Positions 1-9,431 are shown, numbered from the stretch's first letter. The stretch: 64,000 nucleotides of DNA from Verrucomicrobiia bacterium (GCA_031290985.1 JARLJW010000086.1:845-64844), one strand, 5' to 3'. Notes: generated by a model not told the origin, from the letters alone. Translations and numbers: made by a program.

Positions 1-345
1 TAAAACCCACTCTGTGAACGGTTCGAGCCAATCGGCTCGCCCGGTCGTCAGACCGTCAATTTGACCCTCCAAAGACTTCTTTTGGCTCATCAATCGCGTT
101 TTCTCGGCAGTGTAGTCCTCCCGTTCAATCACTGCGTCGAGAAACGAATCAAAGAGCCTTTGAAGGCGAAGATTGATGGCCTGAATCTCAGCGCGCTTCT
201 CGGCGACCACTTTTGCGGCGGATTGGGCCGACTGCTTCTTTTCCTCTTTAACCCGTGTAAGCATGTCGTCCGCCCAATCCGGCCGCAACTCAAACGGTTT
301 AATGAGCGCGGAGATTTGGGCATCGAGGGCTTCTTCGCGGATGTG
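1..345 (-). pseudogene. C-terminal remnant of a large serine recombinase (zinc-ribbon tail plus coiled coil); runs off the window edge
   Basis: Manual translation: HIREEALDAQISALIKPFELRPDWADDMLTRVKEEKKQSAQ...LQRLFDSFLDAVIEREDYTAEKTRLMSQKKSLEGQ...WLEPFTEWVL. In-frame TAA stops lie just upstream at 346-348 and 367-369 (*KRETNC*HIREE). No catalytic domain is visible. Confidence 0.65.
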
Positions 346-544
346 TTAGCAATTGGTTTCGCGCTTTTAGGCGCTGTGCGCTGTCCCCGACTTCGGTCGG
401 TTTTATGGCTCGCGCGGCCCCTTCAATGTGGATGCCGCGCTCGCCAAAAACCTCCCTCATCGCTCACGCGAGAAACGGGTTCACCCACGGACAAGTCAAA
501 TTTTTCTCTGAAAAATCAACGCCGCTGTTAAGCGGCGAAATTTA

Positions 545-1555
545 TTATTTAATATCCAAGACTAAATTGCGTTTCTTGATGTCATTGTATCGCCCTTGCG
601 ATTGCACGCCGAAAAACACCTCAACCTGCAACCGATACGGACGGTAGTCGCCGGGCTTGCCGTTCCAAGATACTTTTGAATTTCCCGTGATCACGATCGA
701 GGAGGAGGGCAAAACTTCGGTTAATTTTCCCATCACGCCTCCACCTGACATTTCCGTCACGCATTCAATTCCAGGCATATGACCGGTCTGAAATTCATCG
801 CCGCGACTATTCCGTAAGCTCAAGTCGGGCCACGGCATACCGGCATATTGGGCTTTCATAGCGACGCCATAGGTATCGGTCGCGCTGGTGTTCGTGATTA
901 CGAGAGAAAAATTGACCGCCCCGGAATAGTCATCGCCAGTGTCTAGTTGGAATGAATCAATCTTTATGTTTAGGTCGCCGAACGGTTTGGGTTTTGGGGC
1001 CGTTGGCTGGGCTGCTTCGCCTGTGTTCGCCGCATCATCTACCTTGGCCGCCTGGGACAACATCTGCTGAACCGTATCGTCAGTGTCGAATTTGGCTTTT
1101 GCGCCGCCTACTACCTCGGCGGTTTCAACGGAAATCACTTTGACTGTCACATTGATATTTTTCCCGACGGGGGTAATCGTGCCGAAAAGCATGGCATCCA
1201 CGCCTGAGAACATGCCGAGCTTCTTGGCGTTCTCCGGGTTAACAAGTCCGGACGCATCCAATTTATGCTCGCCTAATATTCGCTTGAGATTGGCGCGATC
1301 CAAAACGGAGAAGTCGCGCTTGGACATCGTAAAATCCACAGTCAATTGTTCGGCGACGTATCTGCCAAGTTCGCTTGTGCCTCCTTGCAAGTCGGTGAAA
1401 TCCAGCACGGTCACTTTTTTGTTCCCGTTCTCCTTGATCTTCGCGGCGACATCTTCGGTCAATTTTGTTATCGCAGAGTCCATGTCATCTGCACGGACAA
1501 CATGGCAGCAAAAAGCGATGCACAAGATGGTTGCCAAAAGACGATGTGATTTCAT
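545..1555 (-). CDS. Secreted CsgG/HfaB/FlgO-like protein with an unknown C-terminal domain
   Basis: Signal peptide; KVTVLDF...LGRYVAEQL...VLDRANLKRILGEHKL...AKKLG...GVDAMLFGTI pattern. Confidence 0.7.
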   Translation of the reverse strand: MKSHRLLATILCIAFCCHVVRADDMDSAITKLTEDVAAKIKENGNKKVTVLDFTDLQGGTSELGRYVAEQLTVDFTMSKRDFSVLDRANLKRILGEHKLDASGLVNPENAKKLGMFSGVDAMLFGTITPVGKNINVTVKVISVETAEVVGGAKAKFDTDDTVQQMLSQAAKVDDAANTGEAAQPTAPKPKPFGDLNIKIDSFQLDTGDDYSGAVNFSLVITNTSATDTYGVAMKAQYAGMPWPDLSLRNSRGDEFQTGHMPGIECVTEMSGGGVMGKLTEVLPSSSIVITGNSKVSWNGKPGDYRPYRLQVEVFFGVQSQGRYNDIKKRNLVLDIK

Positions 1556-1568
1556 GTTTGGAAAGTTT

Positions 1569-1865
1569 CTAAAGCCCCAGGGACATTTTGGTGTCGGTTT
1601 CGATTTGTTTAAGGATGCGCTCCTCGGCCATCACTCGCGCGTCTCCGCGTCGGAACCCGGTGCCGTTGGCAGAGAGCGTCCAGGATTGGCTCTGGTTTTG
1701 ACCGGTCACCGGCAGTGTCGCGATCTCAAGAGTCATGTTCGCAGTGATGACGTTGTTCAAATCGGCGTTGGTTTCATAGGAGACGGTTTCCCGCCAGCGA
1801 GTAATGAGGCACACGATAATGGCGGGTGTTTTGGGCTTGTGTAGAACAGGGAGCTTTTCCACCAT
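1569..1865 (-). CDS. Hypothetical protein
   Basis: ORF lies between the repressor and the CsgG-like gene in the same orientation. Start uncertain: the frame is open to 2027 but overlaps the repressor there. Confidence 0.4.
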   Translation of the reverse strand: MVEKLPVLHKPKTPAIIVCLITRWRETVSYETNADLNNVITANMTLEIATLPVTGQNQSQSWTLSANGTGFRRGDARVMAEERILKQIETDTKMSLGL

Positions 1866-1953
1866 TATGGCGGACTCGAATTGTGTTTGGCATAGCTGTC
1901 TTTCATGGTTCGGGTCTTCGGCTCTGGCGGTGGTATAAACACTGCCAGGGCTT

Positions 1954-2769
1954 TTATTTTTGCCCGCGTTGCTCGACCCATTGAAGCAAACGTAGGGTGA
2001 GATCAGCACTTGGGGCACCGGAACCATTCAGCCATTTATTTACAGCCTGGCGAGAGGTGTCTAAGTCCCGCGCCAGTTGAGCCTTTGCACCTTTTTCTGA
2101 GGTCGCAATGGCAAGCTGTTTTTGCAGAGCCTTCCAAGTTCTGATTTTGGCACTCACAAAATTGATACTATCAGCCGCACCCGTATTGTCAACCTCTGGT
2201 TTACATCCCTTCAAACCCCTATATTCCGGCTCTTCCAAGACTTTTAATAAAACATTTTTTGCGATGCTTCCCACACGAGCAGTTTCCATCAAAACATGGT
2301 TAAGCCTTTTAACCGGCCCAGCCATCACTCTCAGTGCTTCTTCCCGTTCCTTTTTTGGAACCGTTTCATCGGTAAAGACATGAAGCAGTTCTAAGATCAA
2401 TTTGGTGCCATGCTTCACGCTTGCCGTTCGCTGTTCGCGATGGGCTTTAATTTGGGCGGCAAGATGTTTATCAAATACCTCTGTGAATATGAAGTGACGC
2501 GGTATTTTATCAATGAAATCAGAGTCATTGAATGAATCTTTTATCTGCGGCAACCCAATGCCGTCATTAAGCCAGCCAGGGTAAAGATCGTAGCGTTTGG
2601 ATATGCTTCTAAAAACCCAATAGGGCAACCGGGCACGGCCCGATTCATAGGCGGCAATTCGCTCGCCACCACAACCGATTGAGACGGCAAACTTGGTGCG
2701 CGGAATCTGTAGAATTTCCCGAAACGCCCGCAGTCGCGCACCGATCATTTTTTCACGTTCGGATATCAA
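1954..2769 (-). CDS. XRE/cI-like repressor with two HTH domains
   Basis: N-terminal IGARLRAFREILQIPRTKFAVSIGCGGERIAAYESGR and C-terminal KAQLARDLDTSRQAVNKWLNGSGAPS. Confidence 0.75.
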   Translation of the reverse strand: MISEREKMIGARLRAFREILQIPRTKFAVSIGCGGERIAAYESGRARLPYWVFRSISKRYDLYPGWLNDGIGLPQIKDSFNDSDFIDKIPRHFIFTEVFDKHLAAQIKAHREQRTASVKHGTKLILELLHVFTDETVPKKEREEALRVMAGPVKRLNHVLMETARVGSIAKNVLLKVLEEPEYRGLKGCKPEVDNTGAADSINFVSAKIRTWKALQKQLAIATSEKGAKAQLARDLDTSRQAVNKWLNGSGAPSADLTLRLLQWVEQRGQK

Positions 2770-2819
2770 GCGTGCTGATTATCTCAAGTTTAAGCAGCAT
2801 CGGCGATAACGTTTTGGCT

Positions 2820-2835
2820 TTACAACATATTGTAA
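2820..2835. promoter_or_regulatory. Palindromic operator candidate TTACAA-CATA-TTGTAA
   Basis: Perfect 6-bp inverted repeat between the divergent repressor and cro-like genes. Confidence 0.55.
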
Positions 2836-2855
2836 TATGGTAATTGTTGCCAAAG

Positions 2856-3044
2856 ATGTTGTATGCCCGCAAGTCATATCAAAAACCAAAGCCGCTGGAT
2901 TTAGACCGGCGGGCCGCCTTGCTTGGCTGCACGCCTAGCCATCTCTCACGCGTTCTGGCCGGTAAGCGGCAAAGCGCCAGTCTTCAAATCCGGCTGGCAA
3001 AATTGATCGAAATCGAAACCACCCCAACCAAGGCTAAAATATGA
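2856..3044 (+). CDS. Cro-like small HTH protein
   Basis: RRAALLGCTPSHLSRVLAGKRQS HTH; divergent from the repressor; ATGA overlap with the next gene. Confidence 0.65.
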   Translation: MLYARKSYQKPKPLDLDRRAALLGCTPSHLSRVLAGKRQSASLQIRLAKLIEIETTPTKAKI

Positions 3045-3721
3045 ATCCCTCACTTCACTGGGCTCAACTCGTCAAACGCGTCATGTCCGAAAAACGTTGC
3101 AACTATTCCGGCGCTTGGCGGCTTGCCGCCGCTGCTCACCCGGATGCAGCCACCCTGATGAGCGCCTTTGGCCGTACGCGGCAGCAGGCCAGTTTTTTCA
3201 ACTCTCGCGGAAATCACCAAACCACTCCGCAAAAGGCCGAAGCCGGCAAGAAGCTGGCCAAGTTTGCGAACGAAAAAGTAAAGCCCGGTATGCCCTACGG
3301 TCAGGCGTGGAATGCGGCCTGCCGTGATAACCCCGAATGGGCCGCCGCGTTTGACGGTGGAACGCCCCAAGCCCGCCCTGGTTGGGATCAAACCGCCCGT
3401 GGCCATATCGCCCAGGTTGGCCGCGCTGGCGCTCGCTCTCAATTCGCGAATGCAACGGCCGGCACCGCGCCGGCCGCCACGTCGGAAATCAAAAAATTGT
3501 TCTGGTTGCCGGACCATGCCACCCAGGATCAATTCGAGGCCGCCTTTAAGGGCAATAACTCGGCGTTGTCTCCGTTGAGTCCCGGTAAGATATTTGCTGC
3601 CCTGGTGGAACTCACGCAAACCCAGCGTGGCATTGATTACGATGCCGCCATTGCGCAAACCAAGGCCGCCTTCCCTGATCTGTGGAAAGCCGTGCAACTG
3701 CTCGCACAGGAACCGATCTAA
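3041..3721 (+). CDS. Hypothetical phage-like protein with three repeated helical motifs (scaffold-like)
   Basis: WAQLVKRVMSEKRCNYSGAW..HPD / FANEKVKPGMPYGQAW..NPEW / FAALVELTQTQRGIDYDAAI..FPDLW. Confidence 0.7.
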   Translation: MNPSLHWAQLVKRVMSEKRCNYSGAWRLAAAAHPDAATLMSAFGRTRQQASFFNSRGNHQTTPQKAEAGKKLAKFANEKVKPGMPYGQAWNAACRDNPEWAAAFDGGTPQARPGWDQTARGHIAQVGRAGARSQFANATAGTAPAATSEIKKLFWLPDHATQDQFEAAFKGNNSALSPLSPGKIFAALVELTQTQRGIDYDAAIAQTKAAFPDLWKAVQLLAQEPI

Positions 3722-3748
3722 CCCACCGCAACCCCCAACAACATCACC

Positions 3749-4324
3749 ATGAAAATCACCATAAGCGAAAACCACCTGGCCGAAATCAAAAAGTTGCGCA
3801 AGCAACTCACGGCCGTTTTGGGCACTCAAACCACGGCCACGGCCGAATATGAGCGGCTGCTGAAAAAGCAGGCAACCTTGCAGGGCGAAATTGCCGAACT
3901 GGAAGATTCTGAAAGCGACTCTGCCGCCGCGTCGCTCTCTACCAAGCGCGAGCAACTCAAAGCCGTGGAACGGAAAATCACCGCGATTGAAGGAACTCCC
4001 GCGTCTGATTCCGTCCGCGAGCAGGCCGAAATTGGCAACCTGCTGAAACAGTTTGCCCGCTCGGCCGCCGCCGCCACGGGAGCGGACTGTGAGGCATACG
4101 CCCGCAACGTCGCGGCCCTGATCCGGGAACATTGCAAGGATGAGCTTACCGCTTATGGCCTGGCCCTTCAGACATCGGCGGTGATTTCGCTTTTCCAGAA
4201 ATGCACCTGGCCTTACGGAACCTACTCGGCTGGCGTGAAGGAAATTAAAAAGGCCATTGCCCATGCTGACGAAATATTGGCCGGTGAACTGGTTTGGAGC
4301 TTTGATCCGAAAATCAAAGCCTAA
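3749..4324 (+). CDS. Hypothetical coiled-coil protein (191 aa)
   Basis: Heptad-rich N-terminal half; co-oriented in the cro operon. Confidence 0.7.
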   Translation: MKITISENHLAEIKKLRKQLTAVLGTQTTATAEYERLLKKQATLQGEIAELEDSESDSAAASLSTKREQLKAVERKITAIEGTPASDSVREQAEIGNLLKQFARSAAAATGADCEAYARNVAALIREHCKDELTAYGLALQTSAVISLFQKCTWPYGTYSAGVKEIKKAIAHADEILAGELVWSFDPKIKA

Positions 4325-4345
4325 TCGCCCGGCCACGCCACCGCC

Positions 4346-4594
4346 ATGAAAGACCAACTGATTCAGATTCTCGGCCTTAAACCCGCCGCTGGCGCTGCCG
4401 AATGCACGGACGCGGAGATAGTGGCCGCCGTCGCGGAATTGAAGCGCCGGGACGATGCCAGCGCGGCCACGGCGGCAAAGGAAAGGGCCATCACCGATCT
4501 GGTTAATCAATCCCTTGGCGCTCTCTCCCGCGATTCAGCGCGGGAGATTGTTGAAGAGCGGACCCGCACCGAAGCTTGGAAGCGTGGAAAATAA
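4346..4594 (+). CDS. Small hypothetical protein resembling the scaffold region of Mu-like protease I
   Basis: LIQILGL...TDAEIVAAVAELK pattern. Confidence 0.6.
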   Translation: MKDQLIQILGLKPAAGAAECTDAEIVAAVAELKRRDDASAATAAKERAITDLVNQSLGALSRDSAREIVEERTRTEAWKRGK

Positions 4595-4672
4595 AATGCT
4601 AGCTGAATTAAATTTCGCCGCCGTTGTTGGTTCAGCCATGGCAGTGGCTGGTGTTTGCGGCGTGCGCACGGA

Positions 4673-4710
4673 TGGCGGCTCCCTGGCCCTTTTTCACCGG
4701 GGAGCCGCCA
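4673..4710 (+). terminator. Strong hairpin (14-bp stem) after the phage-like operon
   Basis: tggcggctccctgg...ccggggagccgcca; weak U-tract. Confidence 0.4.
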
Positions 4711-4762
4711 AGAATTTTAGCCCCGCGACGAATTTAACCGCCAGAGGATTGCGGTTTCCCAA

Positions 4763-4798
4763 GGCGGGGGAACGGGATGCAAATTCCGTTTCCCCGCC
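4763..4798 (+). terminator. Second GC-rich hairpin
   Basis: ggcgggggaacggga-tgcaaa-ttccgtttccccgcc followed by ccttt. Confidence 0.4.
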
Positions 4799-4821
4799 CC
4801 TTTAATCTCCAAATTAAAGCC

Positions 4822-5115
4822 ATGAAAAATCCTCAATCAAATCCAAGCCAGGTGCGCAACGAAGCTCGCAAATCCAAAATAGGTGCGCTGACCGCCGCAC
4901 AACGCGCAACCCTGGTGCGTTGGTTGATGCAACAACAACGCGCCGAAATCACCATCGCCAAGGATCAAAAAAACCGCCGCACCGCCGCGAACAAAAGCAA
5001 GGCCCGCCGCATGTCCGGCTCGGACCTCCGCGCGCGCCGCCTCTTGCCAACCAACGCGTTCGATTTCACAAGGACGCCGGCTATTGCCATCAACCTCGCC
5101 CAAAATCCGGGCTGA
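4822..5115 (+). CDS. Hypothetical protein; N-terminus resembles DUF3486/Mu gp27; possibly truncated
   Basis: ARKSKIGALTAAQRATLVRWL. Confidence 0.4.
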   Translation: MKNPQSNPSQVRNEARKSKIGALTAAQRATLVRWLMQQQRAEITIAKDQKNRRTAANKSKARRMSGSDLRARRLLPTNAFDFTRTPAIAINLAQNPG

Positions 5116-5175
5116 AAGCCCGCAATGTAACAGCCCAAGCTGAAAGCCTGGAAACACATCCCCAAAAACACATCC

Positions 5176-5315
5176 AGCCCTGTCAGGGCAAAACAAAACC
5201 CACCGCCCGGAGTGCCGGCCTCCGGCACGGCACCTCCAGCTCCGTCAGGAGCGAAATCTTTGTAGTTTCATTGCCCACAATAAATAGAAATCCCCAGTCC
5301 CGTCAGGGGCGACAT
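5176..5315. repeat. Three spaced REP-like hairpins with a GTCAG core
   Basis: agccctgtcagggc (5176), agctccgtcaggagcg (5238), agtcccgtcaggggcg (5296); about 60-bp spacing. Confidence 0.6.
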
Positions 5316-5393
5316 ATGCCCCGTCCCGCAAAAAAAATTCCCGTGAATTTTCCATCACAAACCTCAATGCGCTGAAGACGCTATAGATATTAA

Positions 5394-5425
5394 CCGGGGG
5401 TTGCCGTTCCAACGGCTACCCCCGG
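5394..5425. terminator. 15-bp near-perfect inverted repeat between convergent transcription units
   Basis: ccgggggttgccgtt-cc-aacggctacccccgg. Confidence 0.55.
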
Positions 5426-5523
5426 GAATGATTCCCGCTACATGCCAAAGGGATGAGCTTCCGCTGTGGTGCCTAAGAATTGAGTCTAGGGTTGAACCGG
5501 CGCTGCGAACCATCCTTTATGCC

Positions 5524-6816
5524 TCAATAAACGAGTACGATCACAACACATTGCTGCACTTTATCCACTGCCGATCCCTTGCTCACCCCGCCCGCCGCCA
5601 GTTTGATTTCCGGCGACCGGCTGATGAAATCACGCAACAATCTCCCCTTGATCGCATAGTTCACATTTTGAGGAATGCTCCCGACCGAACGCAACGCCGC
5701 GATGTCGTCTAATTTGGCCACTATCACGCCCTGCAAATCGCCAGCTAAATCCACCAGCGGCCCGCCGGAATTGCCCGGTTGCACCGGCACGCTGATTTGA
5801 AATTCATCCGGATCATCCTTCAAACCCATCAAGCTGCTGATTTTTCCATCGGTATATTTCGGCTGTGTCCCCTGAAGTTTGATGTCGGGAAAACCGATGG
5901 TGAAAACTGCGTCGCCAAGGCTCACCGCGTTCGTCGCGAAAACCAGGGACTTGAATTGCCCCTCAACTTTCAACAATGCCAAGTCTGCCAGAGCATCCGT
6001 GCGCACCACCGTTGCCGGGAAAACACCCGAACCTGTTTTCACCTTTACCCGCCTTGCGTTTTTTACGACATGATTATTTGTGATCAGATACCCATCTTCG
6101 GAAATAAAAAAACCCGAACCCGACGCGTTCAAATCATCACTGTCTGGTAGCGATGCCACCACATCAACTTGTGAAACACCCCCCACTAACGCATCGGCAA
6201 ATGGTTTGGCACCCGACAAAACCGCTTCCGGGATTTCTGACCGGCTGCAAATCTTGCCAAAGTCAACCGCTCGGATAGTCCGGTCATCATCCTTCTTGTT
6301 TATGTAGCTGTAAGTGCCGCTGGGCAAGGCGGAGAATGTCACATAATCCGTATCGCTAACCGCCTTCAATTTTTTAACAAAAATCGCTACATGGTTCTCA
6401 TACGAATTGGGCGTGGTGTCAATGATGGCACCATCCTCAAGCACTTGGACAACTTTCGCGTTAATGATTTTCACCCATCCGGACTGTGGCTTACGGATAT
6501 CATACACCACGCCCTCGACTTCTCGAAAACAACCTGTTTTAACCGCCCGATCAAGGTTGCTTTCCGCAGTCGTGGCCTCTGCGACCTTCGCTTCGGCCTG
6601 GTTAATGTTCCACGATTTAAGAAAATCCGCAGGCAACTTGTCGAGGTTGGCTGAAGTTCCACCACCATCATACAAGATGATAATTCTGCCGCCTGATCCA
6701 ACGTAAACCCTGTTGATATTGGTATAGGTATTGCCGTTTAGCTGAAGGCTAGTCACCCCTTCACCCGCCGCACTCAAGCAGGCCAAGACCAGAAATAGCG
6801 AAAGCAAAGCTTTCAT
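5524..6816 (-). CDS. Secreted trypsin-like (S1C) serine protease with N-terminal accessory domains
   Basis: Signal peptide; GSGFFIS, TNNHVV, DLALL and GNSGGP triad motifs; no PDZ domain. Confidence 0.9.
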   Translation of the reverse strand: MKALLSLFLVLACLSAAGEGVTSLQLNGNTYTNINRVYVGSGGRIIILYDGGGTSANLDKLPADFLKSWNINQAEAKVAEATTAESNLDRAVKTGCFREVEGVVYDIRKPQSGWVKIINAKVVQVLEDGAIIDTTPNSYENHVAIFVKKLKAVSDTDYVTFSALPSGTYSYINKKDDDRTIRAVDFGKICSRSEIPEAVLSGAKPFADALVGGVSQVDVVASLPDSDDLNASGSGFFISEDGYLITNNHVVKNARRVKVKTGSGVFPATVVRTDALADLALLKVEGQFKSLVFATNAVSLGDAVFTIGFPDIKLQGTQPKYTDGKISSLMGLKDDPDEFQISVPVQPGNSGGPLVDLAGDLQGVIVAKLDDIAALRSVGSIPQNVNYAIKGRLLRDFISRSPEIKLAAGGVSKGSAVDKVQQCVVIVLVY

Positions 6817-6887
6817 GAAAAGAACGGTAAAAACGAAAGCCGACTCCGTCAATAAATTTGTCGCATTTGTCGCAATCCCAGATTCCC

Positions 6888-9431
6888 CTACGTCAAACTC
6901 CCCACCCTCCTCAGTTTCAACCCCGGCTCTCCCGCCTTCCTCGCCTCCGCCAAATCCACCTCAAACTCCGCCACCCAGTCATTGTTCTCCTCCGGATCCA
7001 CCAGCATCTGCTGCACCTTCCACGTCTTCTTGTCCTCTGACGGCACCACGTACGTATGCCGCACATTGCGCGCGTTCGGATCCAGGCAGATGTATTTATG
7101 CTCCGCGTGATACGCCTCCAGCACCGCCTCCAACCGCGCGACCGTCCACGGCTGGCCGTCGGCATCCAAGGGCGACGCCAGATGCGTTAGCGCCGTTTCC
7201 AGATCCCCGATCACCAGCCCGCGCAAAAAGGCAAAAATCTTGTTCCTGATCGCCGCCGTGAAACCCTTTGTATCGCGCGTGATGTCGTTTTCCTCCGCTC
7301 CGGCCGGCCGGACTTCCTTGGTCTCGACGCGTTGATAATTCGGGTCGCGCATCTTCTCCCATTCATCCAGCAGACTGGAATCGATCTGCCGGATCATCGC
7401 GCCGAGGTAGATTTCCATCTCGCGCACGGTGTCGTTCTTCGCCGCATCCGGCACGCCTTGGGACAGCACCTTGAACACGCGGTTCAGATACCGCAGCAAC
7501 ACGCCTTCCGCCCGTTGCAATTCATAATCCCGGATGTAATCCGCAAACGACCGGAATGACTCGAACATCTCGCGCGCGATGGATTTGGGCCGGATGTTTT
7601 CCTCGCCCACCCACGGGTGAGTCGCGGCAAAGTTATTGAACGTGGAATACACAAACTCCCGGTTCGGCTTCGGGTACTCGCACTTCTCCAGTTCCTCCAT
7701 CCGCTCGTCGTATTCTTTTCCGGCCATCTTCATCTCCGCCATCTTCTGGTCCTTCACGCGGTCGAGCTGCTTGCGCAAGATGATGTCCGGGTCTTCCACG
7801 ATGGATTCCACCAGCGTCAGCAGCACCAGCGCATAATCCGGCGCCTGCGGATCCATCAACGGCAGCGTGTCATGCAGGTACAGCGACAGCGCCTGGTCCA
7901 TCGAAAAATCATCCTGCAACGCCACATTCACCCGCAGATACGACCCGTCCGCCGCCTTGGGGATGAATTCAATGATCTTCCGGTCGATCAACGAACGGAA
8001 CAACTGCCACGCGCGCTTCACATGCGCCACCTTCTGGCGCGGCGTCTCGTGACAATCATGGATCAACGTCTGCATCGCCTTGCAGCCGTCGCCATGCCGG
8101 CTCAGCACATTCAGCAACATCCCGTGCGAAACTTGAAACCGCGACACCAGCCGTTCCGGCGACGCCGCGATGAGCCGCAGGTAGGTGTTCTTGTCCCAGT
8201 TCACGAAATTCTTTTCCGGCGGCTGGCGCTTCACCGTCTTCTTGCCATCGCGCGCCGTCTTTTCCGCGAGCTTGAGATTTTCGATCACATGCTCCGGTGC
8301 CTGCGCCACCACCCAGCCTTGATCGTCAAAACCTTTCCGCCCCGCCCGCCCGCTGATCTGGTGAAAATCCCGCGCCGACAAAATGACCGTCTTCTGCCCG
8401 TCAAATTTGCACAGGCGTGTGAACAGCACCGTGCGGATGGGCACATTCACGCCCACGCCGAGCGTATCCGTGCCGCAGATGACTTTTAACAATCCCTTCT
8501 GCGCGAGCTGTTCCACCAGCACCCGGTACTTCGGCAGCAATCCCGCGTGATGCAGGCCGATGCCGTGCCGCAGCCACTTCTTGATCTCCGGTCCGTACGG
8601 GCTGCTGAACTTGAAATTTTCAATGGCATTGCCGATGGCCGCCTTCTCCTCACGCGTGCAGACGTTGATGCTGGTAAAATCCTGCGCGCTCTGCGCCGCC
8701 TCCAGTTGCGTGAAGTGGACCACATACACCGGCGCGCGTTTGTCCGCCACCAGGCTCTCCAATGTCTTCGCCAGCGGCAGCTCGGAATACTCATGCTTTA
8801 GCGGCACCGGCCGGTCGGTGGAAGCCACCGTCACCGTCGGCCGCCCCGTCAACCGCGTAAGCTCCGTTTCAAAAAACGCCGTGTCCCCCATCGTGGCGGA
8901 CATCAACAGAAACCGCGTCTGCGGCAAGGTGAGCAACGGGGTCTGCCACGCCACCCCGCGCTCGCGGTCCGCGTAATAATGAAATTCGTCCATCACCACA
9001 TCGCGTACGTTGGCCGACGCCCCCTCGCGCAACGCGATGTTCGCCAAAATTTCCGCCGTGCAGCACAAGATCGGCGCGCTCTGGTTCACCGAAGCGTCCC
9101 CGGTGCTCAGCCCCACGTTGTCCGGGCCGAATTCCCGGCACAGCGCCATGAACTTCTCATTCACCAGCGCCTTGATCGGGCAGGTGTAAATCGACCGCCG
9201 TCCCTGTGCGATGGCCTGGAAATGCAGCGCCGTCGCCACCAGCGATTTCCCGGAACCGGTCGGCGTGTTCAGGATGACATTCTTGTCATCGAACACCTCC
9301 AAGATCGCCGCTTCCTGCGCCGGATACAGCGTCAGCCGCCGCGCCTCGACATATTGCAGAAAGCGCCCGAGCAAAACATCGCTGGTGGGACGTTCCTCGC
9401 GCGGAAGCAGATCATAAAGATTCGTGGCCAC
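6888..9431 (-). CDS. Ski2-like DEAD/DEAH-box helicase (DUF3516 type)
   Basis: [29 protein letters not shown]. Confidence 0.93.
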   Translation of the reverse strand: MATNLYDLLPREERPTSDVLLGRFLQYVEARRLTLYPAQEAAILEVFDDKNVILNTPTGSGKSLVATALHFQAIAQGRRSIYTCPIKALVNEKFMALCREFGPDNVGLSTGDASVNQSAPILCCTAEILANIALREGASANVRDVVMDEFHYYADRERGVAWQTPLLTLPQTRFLLMSATMGDTAFFETELTRLTGRPTVTVASTDRPVPLKHEYSELPLAKTLESLVADKRAPVYVVHFTQLEAAQSAQDFTSINVCTREEKAAIGNAIENFKFSSPYGPEIKKWLRHGIGLHHAGLLPKYRVLVEQLAQKGLLKVICGTDTLGVGVNVPIRTVLFTRLCKFDGQKTVILSARDFHQISGRAGRKGFDDQGWVVAQAPEHVIENLKLAEKTARDGKKTVKRQPPEKNFVNWDKNTYLRLIAASPERLVSRFQVSHGMLLNVLSRHGDGCKAMQTLIHDCHETPRQKVAHVKRAWQLFRSLIDRKIIEFIPKAADGSYLRVNVALQDDFSMDQALSLYLHDTLPLMDPQAPDYALVLLTLVESIVEDPDIILRKQLDRVKDQKMAEMKMAGKEYDERMEELEKCEYPKPNREFVYSTFNNFAATHPWVGEENIRPKSIAREMFESFRSFADYIRDYELQRAEGVLLRYLNRVFKVLSQGVPDAAKNDTVREMEIYLGAMIRQIDSSLLDEWEKMRDPNYQRVETKEVRPAGAEENDITRDTKGFTAAIRNKIFAFLRGLVIGDLETALTHLASPLDADGQPWTVARLEAVLEAYHAEHKYICLDPNARNVRHTYVVPSEDKKTWKVQQMLVDPEENNDWVAEFEVDLAEARKAGEPGLKLRRVGSLT

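Larger units (their letters stand above)
1..5430. mobile_element. Decayed prophage or phage-satellite-like integrated element (boundaries approximate)
   Basis: Recombinase remnant, divergent HTH pair, small phage-like ORFs and visibly more AT-rich sequence than the flanking core genes. No att site identified. Confidence 0.55.

Noticed and set aside
20-42. GGTTCGAG with a small hairpin, resembling a tRNA T-arm or att site
   Set aside because: Lies within the recombinase-remnant frame; no cloverleaf can be built.
3050-4510. 486-aa minus-strand ORF
   Set aside because: Antisense shadow of three same-frame plus-strand genes; no recognisable motifs.
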